Shown here one piece after another: positions 11,603-35,485 of a stretch of 64,000 bases of DNA (position 1 is its first letter; each line of letters opens with the position of its first letter). The notes below the pieces were generated by a model. It was not told the origin of the DNA. It made no database searches and worked only from the letters and a program-made list of their open reading frames with translations. The position numbers were made by a program, and so were the translations under genes. This stretch comes from Octopus vulgaris (lineage: Eukaryota), in assembly GCA_951406725.2 (NCBI GenBank), contig OX597827.1, positions 76,694,001 through 76,758,000 on the forward strand, given 5' to 3'.

Positions 11603-12111
11603 CGATGACGACGACGATGATGATGATGATGATGAAGATGATGATGATGATGATGATGATAATTGACGATGATGATGATGATGATGATGAAGATGATGAT
11701 GATGACGACGACGACGACGATGGTGATGGTGGTGGTGGTGGTGATGATGATGACGATGGTGGTGGTGGGAGTTATGATGATGATGATGACGATGGTGATG
11801 ATGATGATGATGAAGATGATGATGATGACGACGACGACGACGATGGTGATGATGATGATGATGGTGGTGGTGGTGGGAGTTATGATGATGATGATGACGA
11901 TGGTGATGGTGGTGGTGGTGGTGGATGTGGTTTTAGTGGTGGTGGTAGTGATGATGATGATGATGAAGATGATGATGATGACGACGACGACGACGATGGT
12001 GATGGTGGTGGTGGTGGTGATGATGATGATGATGGTGGTGGTGGTGGGAGTTATGATGATGATGATGACGATGGTGATGGTGGTGGTAGTGATGATGATG
12101 ATGATGATGAT
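11603..12111. repeat. GAT/GGT/GAC microsatellite with higher-order duplications
   Basis: The block ggtgggagttatgatgatgatgatgacgatggtgat recurs three times. Confidence 0.9.
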
Positions 12112-13088
12112 ACGAAAGATCGTTGCCGAACCGATCCTGGGATTCTAAACGGCTCCGATTGGTGGGTATTTTGGTCTGACCAGCGAGCGAGTACCACGAA
12201 GCAATCGAGCTGCTGAAAACAACAGCGAAATCAGTTTAACAGAGAACTATCGCCATACAGTGATGCTTGCTCCTATGGAAGACTTTAGATTGGTCTAAAA
12301 GCCTCTCAGAGCCGCTCCCAAAGCCATATTTCTTACCCACTGATTCTATGATAAACCTCATGAAGTGCAGCTTGTAGCCGATAGATCCTCCAGGGTTGCG
12401 TATCTCCAACCATATAACAGACAACACACGCCATCCCCTTTACAATTGCTCTGGTCAAAATCTTCAACAGAGTTATGGACCGAAAATTGTCGGCGTTGCC
12501 CCCTTTCGGCATTGACACCCTCGTCTCCACCCGGCTAAAAAAAAAAAGCTGGAAGCGTTCCCAGTCCAATGCCAGTTGTGATAAACGTTTGCCAAGAGAA
12601 GGAGGAACGAATCTGGCATAATTCCATAAAACTATTTCCATAAAGCTCTTAATTCAGATCATCCGAACCAGACGATCTGCTCCTCGCTCACCCATTCACT
12701 GCCAACCGTTCTCCAAACAGCCGTTATCGGTTTTCCCGGTCACAATTTCGCTTTTTCTGCCGATAACCGTTGGAGGTCGTCGAGATAGGCACAACAGTCC
12801 GTTGTCTCCGGTCAGCTATCTCTCCTAAGCCAGCGGTTCTCAATTGGGGGTCCATGTAACCCTTAAGGATCCATAGAAGATTTTATCTTATATGGATTTA
12901 TCTGCAATAAATTACTTATACTTTGGCTGTGTGGTAAGAAGCTTGCTTACCAACCACGTGGTTCCGGGTTCATTCCCACTACGTGGCACCTTGGGCAAGT
13001 GTCTTCTACTATAGCCTCGGGCAGACCAAAGCCTTGTGAGTGGATTTGGTAGACGGAAACTGAAGGAAGCCTGTCGTATGTATGTATC

Positions 13089-13153
<65 letters not shown>

Positions 13154-13585
13154 TTGTGCGTCTTAGTTTATCCCCCCCCAACATCGTTTGACAACCGATG
13201 CTGGTGTGTTTACGTCCCCGTAACTTAGCGGTTCGGCAAAAGAAACCTATAGAATAAGTACTAGGCTTACAAAGAATAAGTCCTGGGGTAGATTTGCTCG
13301 ACTAAAGGCGGTGCTTCAGCATGGCCGCAGTCAAATGACTGAAACAAGTAAGAGAGTAAAAGAATACTCAAAATAATTTAGCAATAATTTAATACAATTC
13401 CTAATGATACTTAATTATTAGAAAATATAAGATTTTTTAAAATATCGAGTAGCTATGAGGGTCTACTCCAGTAAAATAAGAATCAAAAGGGTCCATAGAT
13501 TAAAAAATGGTTGGGAACCACTCTCCTAAAGAATCGGGAAAACTGCTGCAGAAAAACCGCACGCATCAGCCGAGGATCGGAAACA
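12112..13585 (-). mobile_element. L1/Tx1-clade LINE reverse-transcriptase fragment, interrupted by MITE+SINE
   Basis: KGGNADNFRSITLLKIL...VGDTQ and GGSIGYKLHFMRFII...LLDQSKVFHR resemble the RT motifs NFRPITLL and LDQxKAFDR; many frameshifts. The extension beyond the MITE is less certain. Confidence 0.75.
12831..13523 (+). mobile_element. hAT-type MITE with nested SINE B (12923-13364)
   Basis: TIRs cagcggttctcaa / ggttgggaaccact; flanks tcctaagc / tcctaaag form an imperfect 8-bp TSD. Confidence 0.8.
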
Positions 13586-13804
13586 CGAATCGATTGTGAT
13601 TTGGGATAAACTTAATTGTGGTTTCGTTTCTGTGTCACATTCTTCAACCCCAAAACTAACCTCCCAACGATTTTCGCTTCTTGGCATCTGAGATTATTCG
13701 TCTTCATTCTAACAACAGCTGAAAGACTTCGTTTTTCCCATCGAATAAATGGTCAAGTACCATTTCCGCCGCTGGTCTCGTTTAGAGAATGCGTGGGCTA
13801 AGAC

Positions 13805-13930
13805 TACGCGCCTTCATTGGTCAGTTAAAGTTGAGACAGTGTCACGTGACAACTTGCCGGAGCTGCCTGCTGGAGCCTAGTAGCAGGTATTTAAAGCGAA
13901 ATTTGACAAGACAGTCAGTCGTCCGCTGAC
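13805..13930 (+). promoter_or_regulatory. Candidate Pol II promoter-like cluster
   Basis: Reverse CCAAT (attgg, ~13816), palindromic E-box gtcacgtgac (13841-13850), TATTTAAA (13888) and cagtcagtc ~25 nt later. Motif evidence only. Confidence 0.3.
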
Positions 13931-14389
13931 ACTCGTTGATGCTACATCGAAGAGGCCAGGGAACAGAAGAAAGAAGACACCGCCAAAAGGTAGGGGTGGT
14001 TCCACGTCAAAACGGTAGAGGAGTAGGAACCGAAACCGGACGTGGTTCCTCCTGAAGATGTCTTGAGCGAACTGGATCCTATGAAGTAGCTGTTGTGGTA
14101 GCAGACCACGAAACACGGTTGAAATTCCCCGTAGGTCGCCATGTTTCTCACCGGATCTTCTCATTTGCTCTGGTTTTTCTTCCTCTCTTGTTTTCTGTCG
14201 CTGTTTCTTTGTTATAGCTTATCAATTCTGCTCTAATGGTTATTTTCAGTGAGACCCGCCAGAAATTGTTGACGATCACCTCCAGGACCCACAAGAGAAT
14301 TTTGGCGAAATAGAAGAAAACTATTTTCCCGATCCATCCCGGAATGAGGAATTCTCACAAAATTCAAGAGTGCTGAAGGCTATGATTGG

Positions 14390-14395
<6 letters not shown>

Positions 14396-14429
<34 letters not shown>

Positions 14430-14451
14430 GTTGTTGTTGTTGTTATTGTTA

Positions 14452-14528
<77 letters not shown>

Positions 14529-14541
14529 ATTATTATTATTA

Positions 14542-14588
<47 letters not shown>
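14396..14588. repeat. (ATT)n microsatellite
   Basis: Read directly. Confidence 0.95.
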
Positions 14589-14611
14589 TTGAAGGGACAC
14601 AGGAAATAGTC

Positions 14612-14727
14612 TTTCATTGGCTCTCTTTGCTCCTCATTGGCTCTCTTTGCTCCTCATTGGCTCCCCTTGTCTCTCATTGACTCCCCGAGCCTCTCATTGG
14701 CTCCTCGAGCGTCTCTTTGGCTCCCCG
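14612..14727. repeat. ~20-bp tandem repeat, six units, most containing ATTGG
   Basis: tcattggctctctttgctcc twice, then diverged units. Confidence 0.8.
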
Positions 14728-15104
14728 GTGCTCTGAATCAATTATTAAACACTCCACTCACATTCAAGCATTACATCTCTTACCTATTGGTCATTCCACG
14801 GTTTTTGAGTGGGCACAAATTTATCGTCTGCGTAATCGATCAGTCACAACCGGACGAATTACTACCGTTACCTGAGGACCTTGTAAATACTCTATCTGGA
14901 CATTTTAGAAGACATGGCTTCGTATGGTTGGATGCCCGTTTTGTCAGCCACAATTTGTCTCAATGAAATGGGTGTACTTTATCGTGGCACCAGCACTAAT
15001 GAGGTTGTCACGTCCTTGGCATGACATAAATGTTCTCTTGACCTTTCCTCATTTACGGTTGTTTACCGACCCCTTTACAGAGTGCACTGGGTGCGTTCTA
15101 TTGT

Positions 15105-25570
<10,466 letters not shown>

Positions 25571-25574
25571 AGTG

Positions 25575-25995
25575 TAGATGCGTCTAGCAATACCACACCG
25601 AACATATCTGCGCCCACCTCCTTTTAGCTTTTGGTATATCCCCAGTTTAATGTCGTATGTCTTTGCCAATGATATTAATATGGATGACAGGTCTTCGCCC
25701 TCCATTTGGGTGAGGAAGTCTCCAAAATGTTCCGTCCTGTATGGCCTGCTGTTCAGCAATATAACAGTAACCGGCAAACCCAACCCTGTGCCAATAGTAG
25801 AGATGGGTTGAATAGGTCCATAAATTTCCTCTTTCAAGGTCTTGTACTCACACCATGAGATGTTCCGTGCTCATACATGCGACATGGTGGACGAACCGCC
25901 AGATTAGTCTTGAAGTTTCTTCTTCGTAATCCAAATTTTGGCTCCAAAGAGAAGGCTCACGACAAAGCACCCGAAGAAATGTAGTCTTGTTGACA
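25575..25995 (-). mobile_element. RTE-like LINE 3' fragment
   Basis: VVSLLFGAKIWITKKKLQD...RNISWCEYKT, EEIYGPIQPIS, GFAGYCY...WRLPHPNGGRRP match the RTE C-terminal pattern LLYG.E.W...ISW...FAGHC...GRP. Confidence 0.7.
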
Positions 25996-26559
25996 TACAT
26001 ACATACATACATACATACATACATACATACATACATACATGCACGCATACATACATGTATATATACGTACATACATACATGCATGCATACATGCACACAT
26101 ACATACTTACATACATACATACATATATACATATATACATATATACATACATACATACATATATACATACATACATGAATACATACATACATACATACAT
26201 ACATACATACTTACATACATGCATGCATACATATATACATACATGCACGCATATATACGTGTATACATACATAGATGCATGAATACATACATAGATGCAT
26301 GCATACATATATTCATTCATACATTCATACATGCATATATACATATATGCATGCATAAATGCATACATACATACGTACATTCATACATACATACATACAT
26401 ACATAAATGCATACATACATACATACATACATACATACATACATACATACATACATACGTACATACATTCATACATACATACATACATACATACATACAT
26501 ACATACATACATACATACATACATACATTCGTACATGCTCTTAGAAAATTATGGCAGCC

Positions 26560-28075
26560 AGAAATCTCTTCTCACAACAAGACAATATCCCACAATGCAT
26601 TTGCAGAACCAGTGCCGATTTCAACCTTTAGGGTCCTTGACTGGTCTGTAAAAGAAATCCATTCCAAAGATGTTAAAAACCCGCAAGACACATCAGCTGG
26701 AAATCTCCTCAGGAGCTGTGATATCGACTGATTCTGCCTCAGAAGCGATGAACGTGGAGGCTTGAGATCAGTGCAGACAGCTTTCGAATGTCGTATAGTT
26801 TCTTTCAGACAGCACTTGCCAAACAACAGGTGCAAAATTATATACGGCGACTGAGTGCTGAAAATTGAAGAGACCAATACACGAGGAGCACGATCCCCCT
26901 CATGACCTCCCATACAAACCCCAAAACAGCCGGACTAACATACCTCAAAGAAGAACTGGATGTGAAATGCTCAGTATACGAAAAAAAAAAAAAAGACCCT
27001 GTATGGGTTTTGTTTCCCCAAGACTTGAAGAAGGTAGTAATATTTATTTCTTTATTGCCCACGGGGGCTAAACATAGAGAGGACAAACAAAGAGATTAAG
27101 TCGATTACATCGACCTCAGTGTGTAACTGGTACTTAATTTATCGACCCCGAAAGGATGAAAGGTAAAGTCGACCTCGGCGGAATTTGAACTCAGAACGTA
27201 GCGGCAGACGAAATACCTATTTCTTTACTACCCACAAGGGGCTAAATACAGAGGGGACAAACAAGGACAGACATAGGTATTAAGTCGATTACATCGACCC
27301 CAGTGCGTAACTGGTACTTAATTTATCGACCCCGAAAGGATGAAAGGCAAAGTCGACCTCGGCGGAATTCGAACTCAACGTAGCGGCAGACGAAATACTG
27401 CTAAGCATTTTACCCGGCGTGCTAACGATTCTGCCAGCAGTAATATGGACATGAAACGATGTCTGCCTTTGAAAGCAAAGCTCTCTTCGACTCGTGACCG
27501 CTACATCACATCCCATTTCGAAGGCTATGTATTTGCCATACAAGAATAGGAAATTACTACAAATAACAAATAATCAAAAGAGACAGTGTCGCAAAAACAA
27601 TATACAATGCCACTCGGGAATTGACTGTCCCGGAATAAACAAAGAGAATTCCCCTGTTATTGAATGCTTATACAGACACCAACACAAGGAATACAGATAG
27701 AACATTCCCATCAAAACAGCTGTCAAGTGAAAGCGAAACATGTCGGACATTGTTATTTGGGACAGACAAGAAAAACTATGTACCATCTTAGAGGTCAGAT
27801 GTCCTGCTAATGTAAATGTCTCTATATTTTTTAAATACAATGTGGATAACTATGGATAACTGCTTCCAAACCGCCATCTTGTCTAGATCATAAATTCAAA
27901 TTTGCATTAATAATAATTGGTGCACTTAGTTTTGTGAGCAAATGCCTAAGTGACAATCTGGATAAGATTGAGTTTTCAGAAAAAGGAATCAACCAACTAA
28001 CTCGCAATTTCCAAAAACAATTTGTAAGTGGAACACTAAAAATATGGAAGGCTTTTCTGAAGTTGAAAATGTGAC
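26560..28075 (+). mobile_element. R4/Dong-like non-LTR element fragment with restriction-like endonuclease, interrupted by a SINE A dimer
   Basis: ERGGLRSVQTAFECR, SHFEGYVFAIQE, NMSDIVIWDRQEKLCTILEVRCPANVN (PD..E RLE motif) and IIIGALS; stops and frameshifts throughout. Confidence 0.75.
27042..27440 (-). mobile_element. SINE family A dimer
   Basis: Two family A bodies joined at aaatag|gtatttcgtc. Confidence 0.9.
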
Positions 28076-28187
28076 ATTGTTTTTGCTATCAACATCGTAA
28101 CGACGGAGCTTTGTATCTTTGTTAGAAATCAGCTCCTTCCGCGGAGGAAGAACTTGGAAAATAAAAAAACAGAAGAGAACTTACATG

Positions 28188-28254
<67 letters not shown>

Positions 28255-28889
28255 CACACAAACACACATACATACATACATACATACATACATACATACA
28301 TACATACATACATACACACACACACAAACACACACACACACAAACACACAAACATACACACACACACACATACATACATACAGACATACAAACATACATA
28401 CATACACACATACATACATACATACATACATACATACATACATACATACATGCATGCATACATACATACATACATACATACATACATACAGACATACAAA
28501 CATACATACATACACACATACATACATACATACATACATACATACATACATACATGCATACATACATACATACATACATATGGTGATTGCCACTTGTTTG
28601 CAGAAGGCCATCACACACACACACACACACGCACACACAGATACAGCTTCATACTTACTATTGTTAGAGCAACAGGATACGTACCAAGCTTTTTGGAGCA
28701 GAGAATGACTGAACTTCGATTATTGTTGTTGTTGTTGTTATTATTTACTTTTAATCTTATATTTGTTACAATCACTTGCCGCGACACACCCAGTATCCTA
28801 GGGCGAGTGAAGGACAAGAGAAAGCTTGGGGAGGGGAAGTAGCGGGGTCAGTAGCGAAATATTTTCATGCAATACAGTACAGACATTTA

Positions 28890-29045
28890 CATTGATAGGG
28901 TTTTTTTTTCAGGATGTGGGCAGTACTTGTCAGTACAATCTTTTGGATTTCTCTGAGACATGGTTCTCCTGGGATATTATCTAGATGTTTCTGACATCTC
29001 TTTCTTATCATAGCTAGGGCACCTACAATAACAAGAACAGTTCTC
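28890..29045 (-). mobile_element. R4/Dong-like element extreme 3' end
   Basis: VLVIVGALAMIRKRCQKHLDNIPGEPCLREIQKIVLTSTAHILKK. Confidence 0.7.
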
Positions 29046-29309
29046 GCGGCGGCGGTGGCGGTGGCGGTGGCTGCGGCGCGGCATTATCATCATCATCATC
29101 ATCATCATCACCATTATTCTAACAATTCTGTAATGACGTTAGAATTACAAATTCCATTGCTCTACTAAAGTGATACCACAAGTTTTATCTGTTCATTGAT
29201 TCTTTTTATCATATATCTCTCTGCTCAATGATGCACCACTTATAGCTCTCAGCGACCGTTTCCTTAATCAGTAGCAAGCTAATGAAATGGATTACGTAAC
29301 TCCTGCACC

Positions 29310-29423
<114 letters not shown>

Positions 29424-29489
29424 ATATAACTACACACGTGCTGTTGGTGATTTTTCTCTCTTCTTTGAACATTTCCCTTTTCCTTTTTC

Positions 29490-29525
29490 TTTTCCGATGA
29501 AGAGCTATGTTCGAAACGTCGAAAA
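29490..29525 (+). ncRNA. Minimal type I hammerhead-like motif (U4C variant), second copy
   Basis: tttt-CCGATGA-a-gagc-tat-gttc-GAAA-CGTC-gaaaa; flanks are homologous to the minus strand of 430-570. Confidence 0.6.
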
Positions 29526-30226
29526 CTCTCTTTTTTACCAAGCGTCAAACTAACGCATTCCACGTGCATATTCTCTTGTTGCTTGCTGTTGTTATTTTCA
29601 ATGTTTGTTAATTCGATTTGACGATATATGGGGTTGAGGAATAATTCATGATCGTTTTTTTCTTTTTCAAATTTATTTTAAACGAAACAAAACTACAACT
29701 TAATCAACAATATTCTCTCCGTTGTTTTACCACAAATTACTAAATAAAGTATGTGATTGAGTATTATCTGGTAATTGATATTTGATTTAGATGTATTTCT
29801 TCATTTTCTTATCTTGTATATATATATATATATGTATATAATATATAAATATATGCATATATACATACATATATGTACAAACCTACGTATATATGTATAT
29901 ATACATGCATATATGGAACACAAGAGAAACGAAAAGATAAAAACAAAAACATAGAAACGAACTTTTTTCGAACAACGAAAAAGACAAATAGAGAAACGAG
30001 ACATACAACATAAAGAATATTCCCCTTCTTCAGTTGTCCCTGTTTCAACTACTCCACGTTACGAAGGCAAGGACAAGACGCGACTTCGTTGAAACAGTCC
30101 TTCCCGCAAAGCAAATTAAATAATTATTTGGGATTTTTTGCAGAGGGTGAAAGTGGTAACAAGAACAGGACAGTGAGAACACACACATACGCATGCATGT
30201 ATGCCTATATGTATGTGTGTGTGTGC

Positions 30227-30268
<42 letters not shown>

Positions 30269-30311
30269 TTATATATATGTGTAGTCAATTCAATTTATAT
30301 TATATATATAT

Positions 30312-31046
30312 AGGCGCAGGAGTGGCTGTGTGGTAAGTAGCTTGTTTACCAACCACATGGTTCCGGGTTCAGTCCCACTGCGTGGCACCTTGGGCAAGTG
30401 TCTTCTACTATAGCCTCGGGCCGACCAAAGCCTTGTGCGTGGATTTGGTAGACGGAAACTGAAAGAAGCCCGTCGTATATATTTATATATATATATGCGT
30501 GTGTGTGTTTTTGTGTCTGTGTGTGTCCCCCTAGCATTGCTTGACAACCGATGCTGGTGTGTTTATGTCCCCGTTACTTAGCGGTTCGGCAAAAGAGATC
30601 GATAGAATAAGTACTGGGCTTACAAAAGAATAAGTCCCGGAGTCGATTTGCTCGACTAAAGGCGGTGCTCCAGCATGGCCGCAGTCAAATGACTGAAACA
30701 AGTAAAAGAGTAAAAGAGTATATATATATATATATATAGGCGCAGGAGTGGCTGTGTGGTAAGTAGCTTGCTAAACAACCACATGGTTCCGGGTTCAGTC
30801 CCACTGCGTGGCATCTTGGGCAAGTGTCTTCTGCTATAGCCCCGGGCCGACCAATGCCTTGTGAGTGGATTTGGTAGACAGAAACTGATAGAAGCCTGTC
30901 GTATATATGTATATATATATATGTATGTGTGTGTGTTTGTGTGTCTGTGTTTGTCCCCCTAGCATTGCTTGACAACCGATGCTGGTGTGTTTACGTCCCC
31001 GTTACTTAGCGGTTCGGCAAAAGAGACTGATAGAATAAGTACTGGA
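30312..31046 (+). mobile_element. Two tandem SINE B copies (30312-30720 full, 30738-31046 3'-truncated)
   Basis: Both start aggcgcaggagtggctgtgtgg after an (AT)n tract. Confidence 0.9.
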
Positions 31047-31282
31047 TTTTTCCTTGTGTAGCATGTCCTGTACTTGTTTTTCTTGTTGTAAAAAATTTGG
31101 GTTTTTCCTTGTGTAGCCTGTCCTGTACCTGTCGTAAAATTTGTTTTTCCCGTTTCTACGTCTTGTTGTGGCGTCCTGTACTTACGTATATTTATTTATA
31201 TATGCATGTATATATACATGTAGATGTAGGTACGTACATATATGTTTGTATGTATGCATATATTTTTAATTATCACATATAT

Positions 31283-31371
<89 letters not shown>

Positions 31372-31372
<1 letters not shown>

Positions 31373-31716
31373 TAGCTTAAAAGCTGCAGTCTGTGCGGCG
31401 GACTTTGAAGCTAGCTCCTGCAGAGGGCTAATTGGTATTTTGGCCCAAAACTGAAAAGATCAATAATAATACAACATTTACCGGTATCCTGCCGTCTCAG
31501 ATTTATATCACAGAGTATCACATACGGGGAATGTTGTATCACTGTGACATTCGGAGATCACTATAAAGCAGCAAGATGAACAACATTCTTGGTTGACAGA
31601 CAGAATGTCGCGTTTATTATTGGCGGTATCGGAAGTGAGTGTCGCAAAGTTTTGGTATTAAATTTTCAAAGTTTTTGTCGGTTTTCTGACACAGAATGTC
31701 GTGTTTATTATTATAG
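31372..31716 (-). mobile_element. Second non-autonomous Helitron-like family
   Basis: Minus-strand 3' end CTAG|T with a subterminal hairpin (gctgca...tgcggc); the other end is cagaatgtcg[c/t]gtttattatt, which is duplicated. Confidence 0.5.
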
Positions 31717-31884
31717 TTAAGAGAGGTAACTCTTGTAAACCGTTTGAAACCTCTCGCTGTCGCTTAACCTGCTAGAAATAGCAGCCCAAATGCGCTAACA
31801 TCAGATCCCAAAGCTGGATGTTCAAGAACCAAATGAAGGTCAGATCTTTAATCCCTGGATCATCCTGATTCCAAAAAGGTATAA

Positions 31885-32061
31885 GATGTGGGAGTGGTTG
31901 TGTGGTAAGTAGCTTACTTACCAACCACATGGCTCCGGGTTCGGTCCCAGTGTGTGGCACCTTGGGCAAGTGTCTTCTAATATAGCCTCGGGCCGACCAA
32001 AGCCTTGTGAGTGGATTTGGTAGACAGAAACTGAAAGAAGCCCGTCGTATATATGTATGTA

Positions 32062-32129
<68 letters not shown>

Positions 32130-32362
32130 CATGTGTGTGTCTGTGCGTGTGTTTGTGTGTCTGTGTTTGTCCCCCAACATCGCTTGACAATCGTTGCTGG
32201 TGTGTTGACGTCCCCGTACATTAGCAGTTCAGCAATAGAGACCGATAGAATAAGTACTAGGCTTACAAAGAATAAGTCCCGGGGTCGATTTGCTCGACTA
32301 AAGGCGGTGCTCCAGCATGGCCGCAGTCAAATGGCTGAAACAAGTAAAAGAGTAGAAGAGTG
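31885..32362 (+). mobile_element. SINE family B
   Basis: Full head, GT tract and tail. Confidence 0.9.
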
Positions 32363-32639
32363 AAACAGTATGTCTATGTAAAGCGAATATAGAAGAGAGA
32401 TCGAAGTGAGTCCCGGACAGACAGAATTTCACTTTTATTTATATACTCTTTTACTCTTACACGTTTCAGCTATGCGACTGCTGTCATGCTGGGGCACATT
32501 ATTTTATTGTTTTATTTGATTTAGTCATTTGACTGCGGCCATGCTGGAACACCATCTTATCTCTCTGTATAATTTCTCTACCTATATCATAGTGTTGACC
32601 AGATCATTAGATGCTGTAGTACACCGCTGGTCACAATGC

Positions 32640-32925
32640 ACTTCCAGTTATGCCCCGATTGCACCGTCCTTGTCCATCTTGACCCAAATCACTTAACCAA
32701 ACCCTCTTACCATTGTCATGGAGGCCCTCCAAATGCCCTTCTTCGGTTTGTTGGATGCCACTCGTCAACTGCACGGCCCCATCTGTAGTCTATGAATCAT
32801 GTGACATGCCCGGCTCGCCGGAACTTGAGCTTTCGGTATTCTGCGATCCCACCATTCACTCCGTTCCCTTCTCGAAATATTGCAATTCGAACATGCTCTC
32901 GCAATGATGTTCCTACTATGGACTT
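32640..32925 (-). mobile_element. RTE-clade LINE 3' fragment
   Basis: KLKFRRAGHVT*FIDYRWGRAVDEWHPTNRRRAFGGPP matches WAGHV.R..D.RW....W.P....GRP. Confidence 0.7.
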
Positions 32926-33143
32926 TTCTATAATCCTTTACCCACCCACCCCTCTCTCTATTTATCTATCTATCTCTAACTAATCAGAACAAGACAAAGA
33001 AAATTCTTTAACACATCTTTAGTGATTCGTTACAATTGTGTCTGCACCAATTCTGCTTGCAACGCCAGTTTACGCCAAAAATCGAAGTGAAAATTTACGT
33101 AATGTTTACGTAATAATTAGAAATCTCTATATACATATATAGC

Positions 33144-33206
<63 letters not shown>

Positions 33207-33694
33207 GGATGGATGGATGGATGGATGGATGGATGGATGGATGGGCGGGTGATTTTGGATGGATGGTGGGTGGGTGGGTGGGTGGGTGGATGGATGGATG
33301 GATGGATGGATAGGTAAGTATGTAGGTAGGTAAGTAGATAGATGGATAGATGGATGGATGGATGGATGGATGGATGGATAGATAGATAGATAGATAGATA
33401 GATAGAGAGATAGAGAGATAGAGAGATAGATAGGTAGATAGACAGAGATAGACAGACAGACAGATAGAGGATGGATGGATGGGTGGGTGGGTGGATGGAT
33501 AAAGATGTACATATATATCATATTTAATAGCATAAAAAAAACTCGGGGGCTTATTAGATGCACCCCAATTTCAGCAGCTCATATCAAGGTTTAAAAGGTT
33601 TTTGCGCATTAAAACGACTTTGCATGTAAGACCCGGAATGATATTTAAGTCAATTTTTTTGACAAAAAGAGCATCTTATAGGCTCTCAAATGTG

Positions 33695-33743
<49 letters not shown>

Positions 33744-33843
33744 TACATACATACATACATGCATACATACGTACGTACGTACGTACGTACATACATACAT
33801 ACATACATACATACATACATACATACATACATACATACATACA

Positions 33844-33877
<34 letters not shown>

Positions 33878-34400
33878 CGTACATACATACGTATGTATGT
33901 ATATTATAATACACACGCGCGCGCACACACAATTCTTTCATATTTTACCTACCAGCCGAACACAAACCTCTTCTGAACTTCTGGGTAAAATTTAATCAAT
34001 GTAATTAGGCAGCATTCTGTTTGTACAGATCTGAAATTTACTAAATGTAGCAAGGATTATCCTCCAATATTAATCACGATTAGTTTATGCTGATGTCTTC
34101 GTGAGAATCCACTCAGATATCGTCGTATTAAACAAAATCTGTTGAACAGGGTGTTGTAAGATAGCGTAAAGTCGAAATATTTAGAAGCGGACAATGGTTG
34201 GAAGCAAATAAAAAATGTATTTTTGAATTGGTGGAAGGGGCGATCTTTCGGTACAAGTACCATAACTGCCAAGTCTGTTTGTTTACATTTAAAGAAGAAG
34301 ATCGTCACTTTCCGTAAAGTCTTTTTTATATATATATGTGGGGTTAGGATTAGGGGTGGGGGAAAAGGGTTTCTTTTTTCTTCAGAAATGTAAACAAACC

Positions 34401-34565
34401 GGCGCAGGAGTGGCTGTGTGGTAAGTAGCTTGCTAACCAGCCACATGGTTCTGGGTTCAGTCCCACTGCGTGGTACCTTGGGCAAGTATCTTCAACTATA
34501 GCCTCGGGCCGACCAAAGCCTTGTGAGTGGATTTGGTAGACGGAAACTGAAAGAAGCCCGTCGTA

Positions 34566-34609
<44 letters not shown>

Positions 34610-34996
34610 AGTGTGTTTGTGTGTCTGTGTTTGTCCCCCTAGCATTGCTTGACAACCGATGCTGGTGTGTTTATGTCCCCGTAACTTAGCGGTTCGGCAA
34701 AAGAGACAGATAGAATAAGTACTGGGCTTACAGAGAATAAGTCCCGGGGTCGATTTGCTCGACTGAAGGCGGTGCTCCAGCATGGCCGCAGTCAAATGAC
34801 TGAAACAAGTAAAAGAGTAAAAGAGTATATATATTTATTGGCTAAACTGGCAAAATGACCATTCCGAAATATAACCGATAGAATAAGTACTGGGCTTACA
34901 AAGAATAAGTCCTGGGGTCGAGTTGCTCGATTAGAGGCGGTGCTCCAGCATGGCCGCAGTCAAATGGCTGAAACAAGTAAAAGAGTAAATGAGTAA
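34401..34996 (+). mobile_element. SINE family B (34401-34828) plus duplicated 3' part (34874-34996)
   Basis: Direct similarity to family B. Confidence 0.9.
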
Positions 34997-35485
34997 ACCC
35001 ACGTGGGTTTATAATTAGCAGTTATGGTACTTGTACCGAAAGATCACCGGTGGAAGATGTTCTGCCGAGACAATGTTATTTGCTAGAAAGAGAGAGTAAA
35101 AAGTGACAGCTTAACCAAGGTTACCATGAATGGCTAAAAAAAGTTAAAGGACGACAAAAGTTTTACTCCACTTTGAATAGCTAAAAAAATGGCTGACAGA
35201 CAGCTAGTCTCTGATTGGCCGAAATTACGCACGTGACAACGGTGAAACTAAACTGTCGTCTGCTTTAAATCGTTAAATTACAGTCCCTCTCCCCGCCTCT
35301 AGATTGCTGGGAAATACAACAATCGATAAAAATCAATGTGTGAAATAACAGGTAGAGTAAACTGAATGAAGATACAAAATTGTTGAGAGGAGTGAATGAC
35401 AAATATCGTGAGTCGGTAACTGAACCGAAATAAATGGCCACGTATATATATGTGCCAGTTGCAAACGAGAAACAAGTATACGTAA

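Noticed and set aside
11539-12216. Asp/Gly-rich 225-aa ORF as an acidic biomineral protein
   Set aside because: A GAT/GGT microsatellite running into an antisense LINE fragment; no signal peptide or splice support.
30020-30075. Possible type II (permuted) hammerhead, with a homolog near 617-655
   Set aside because: GAAA is mutated here, and stem I is off-register and not conserved in the homolog; it is a repeat family but the fold is unsupported.
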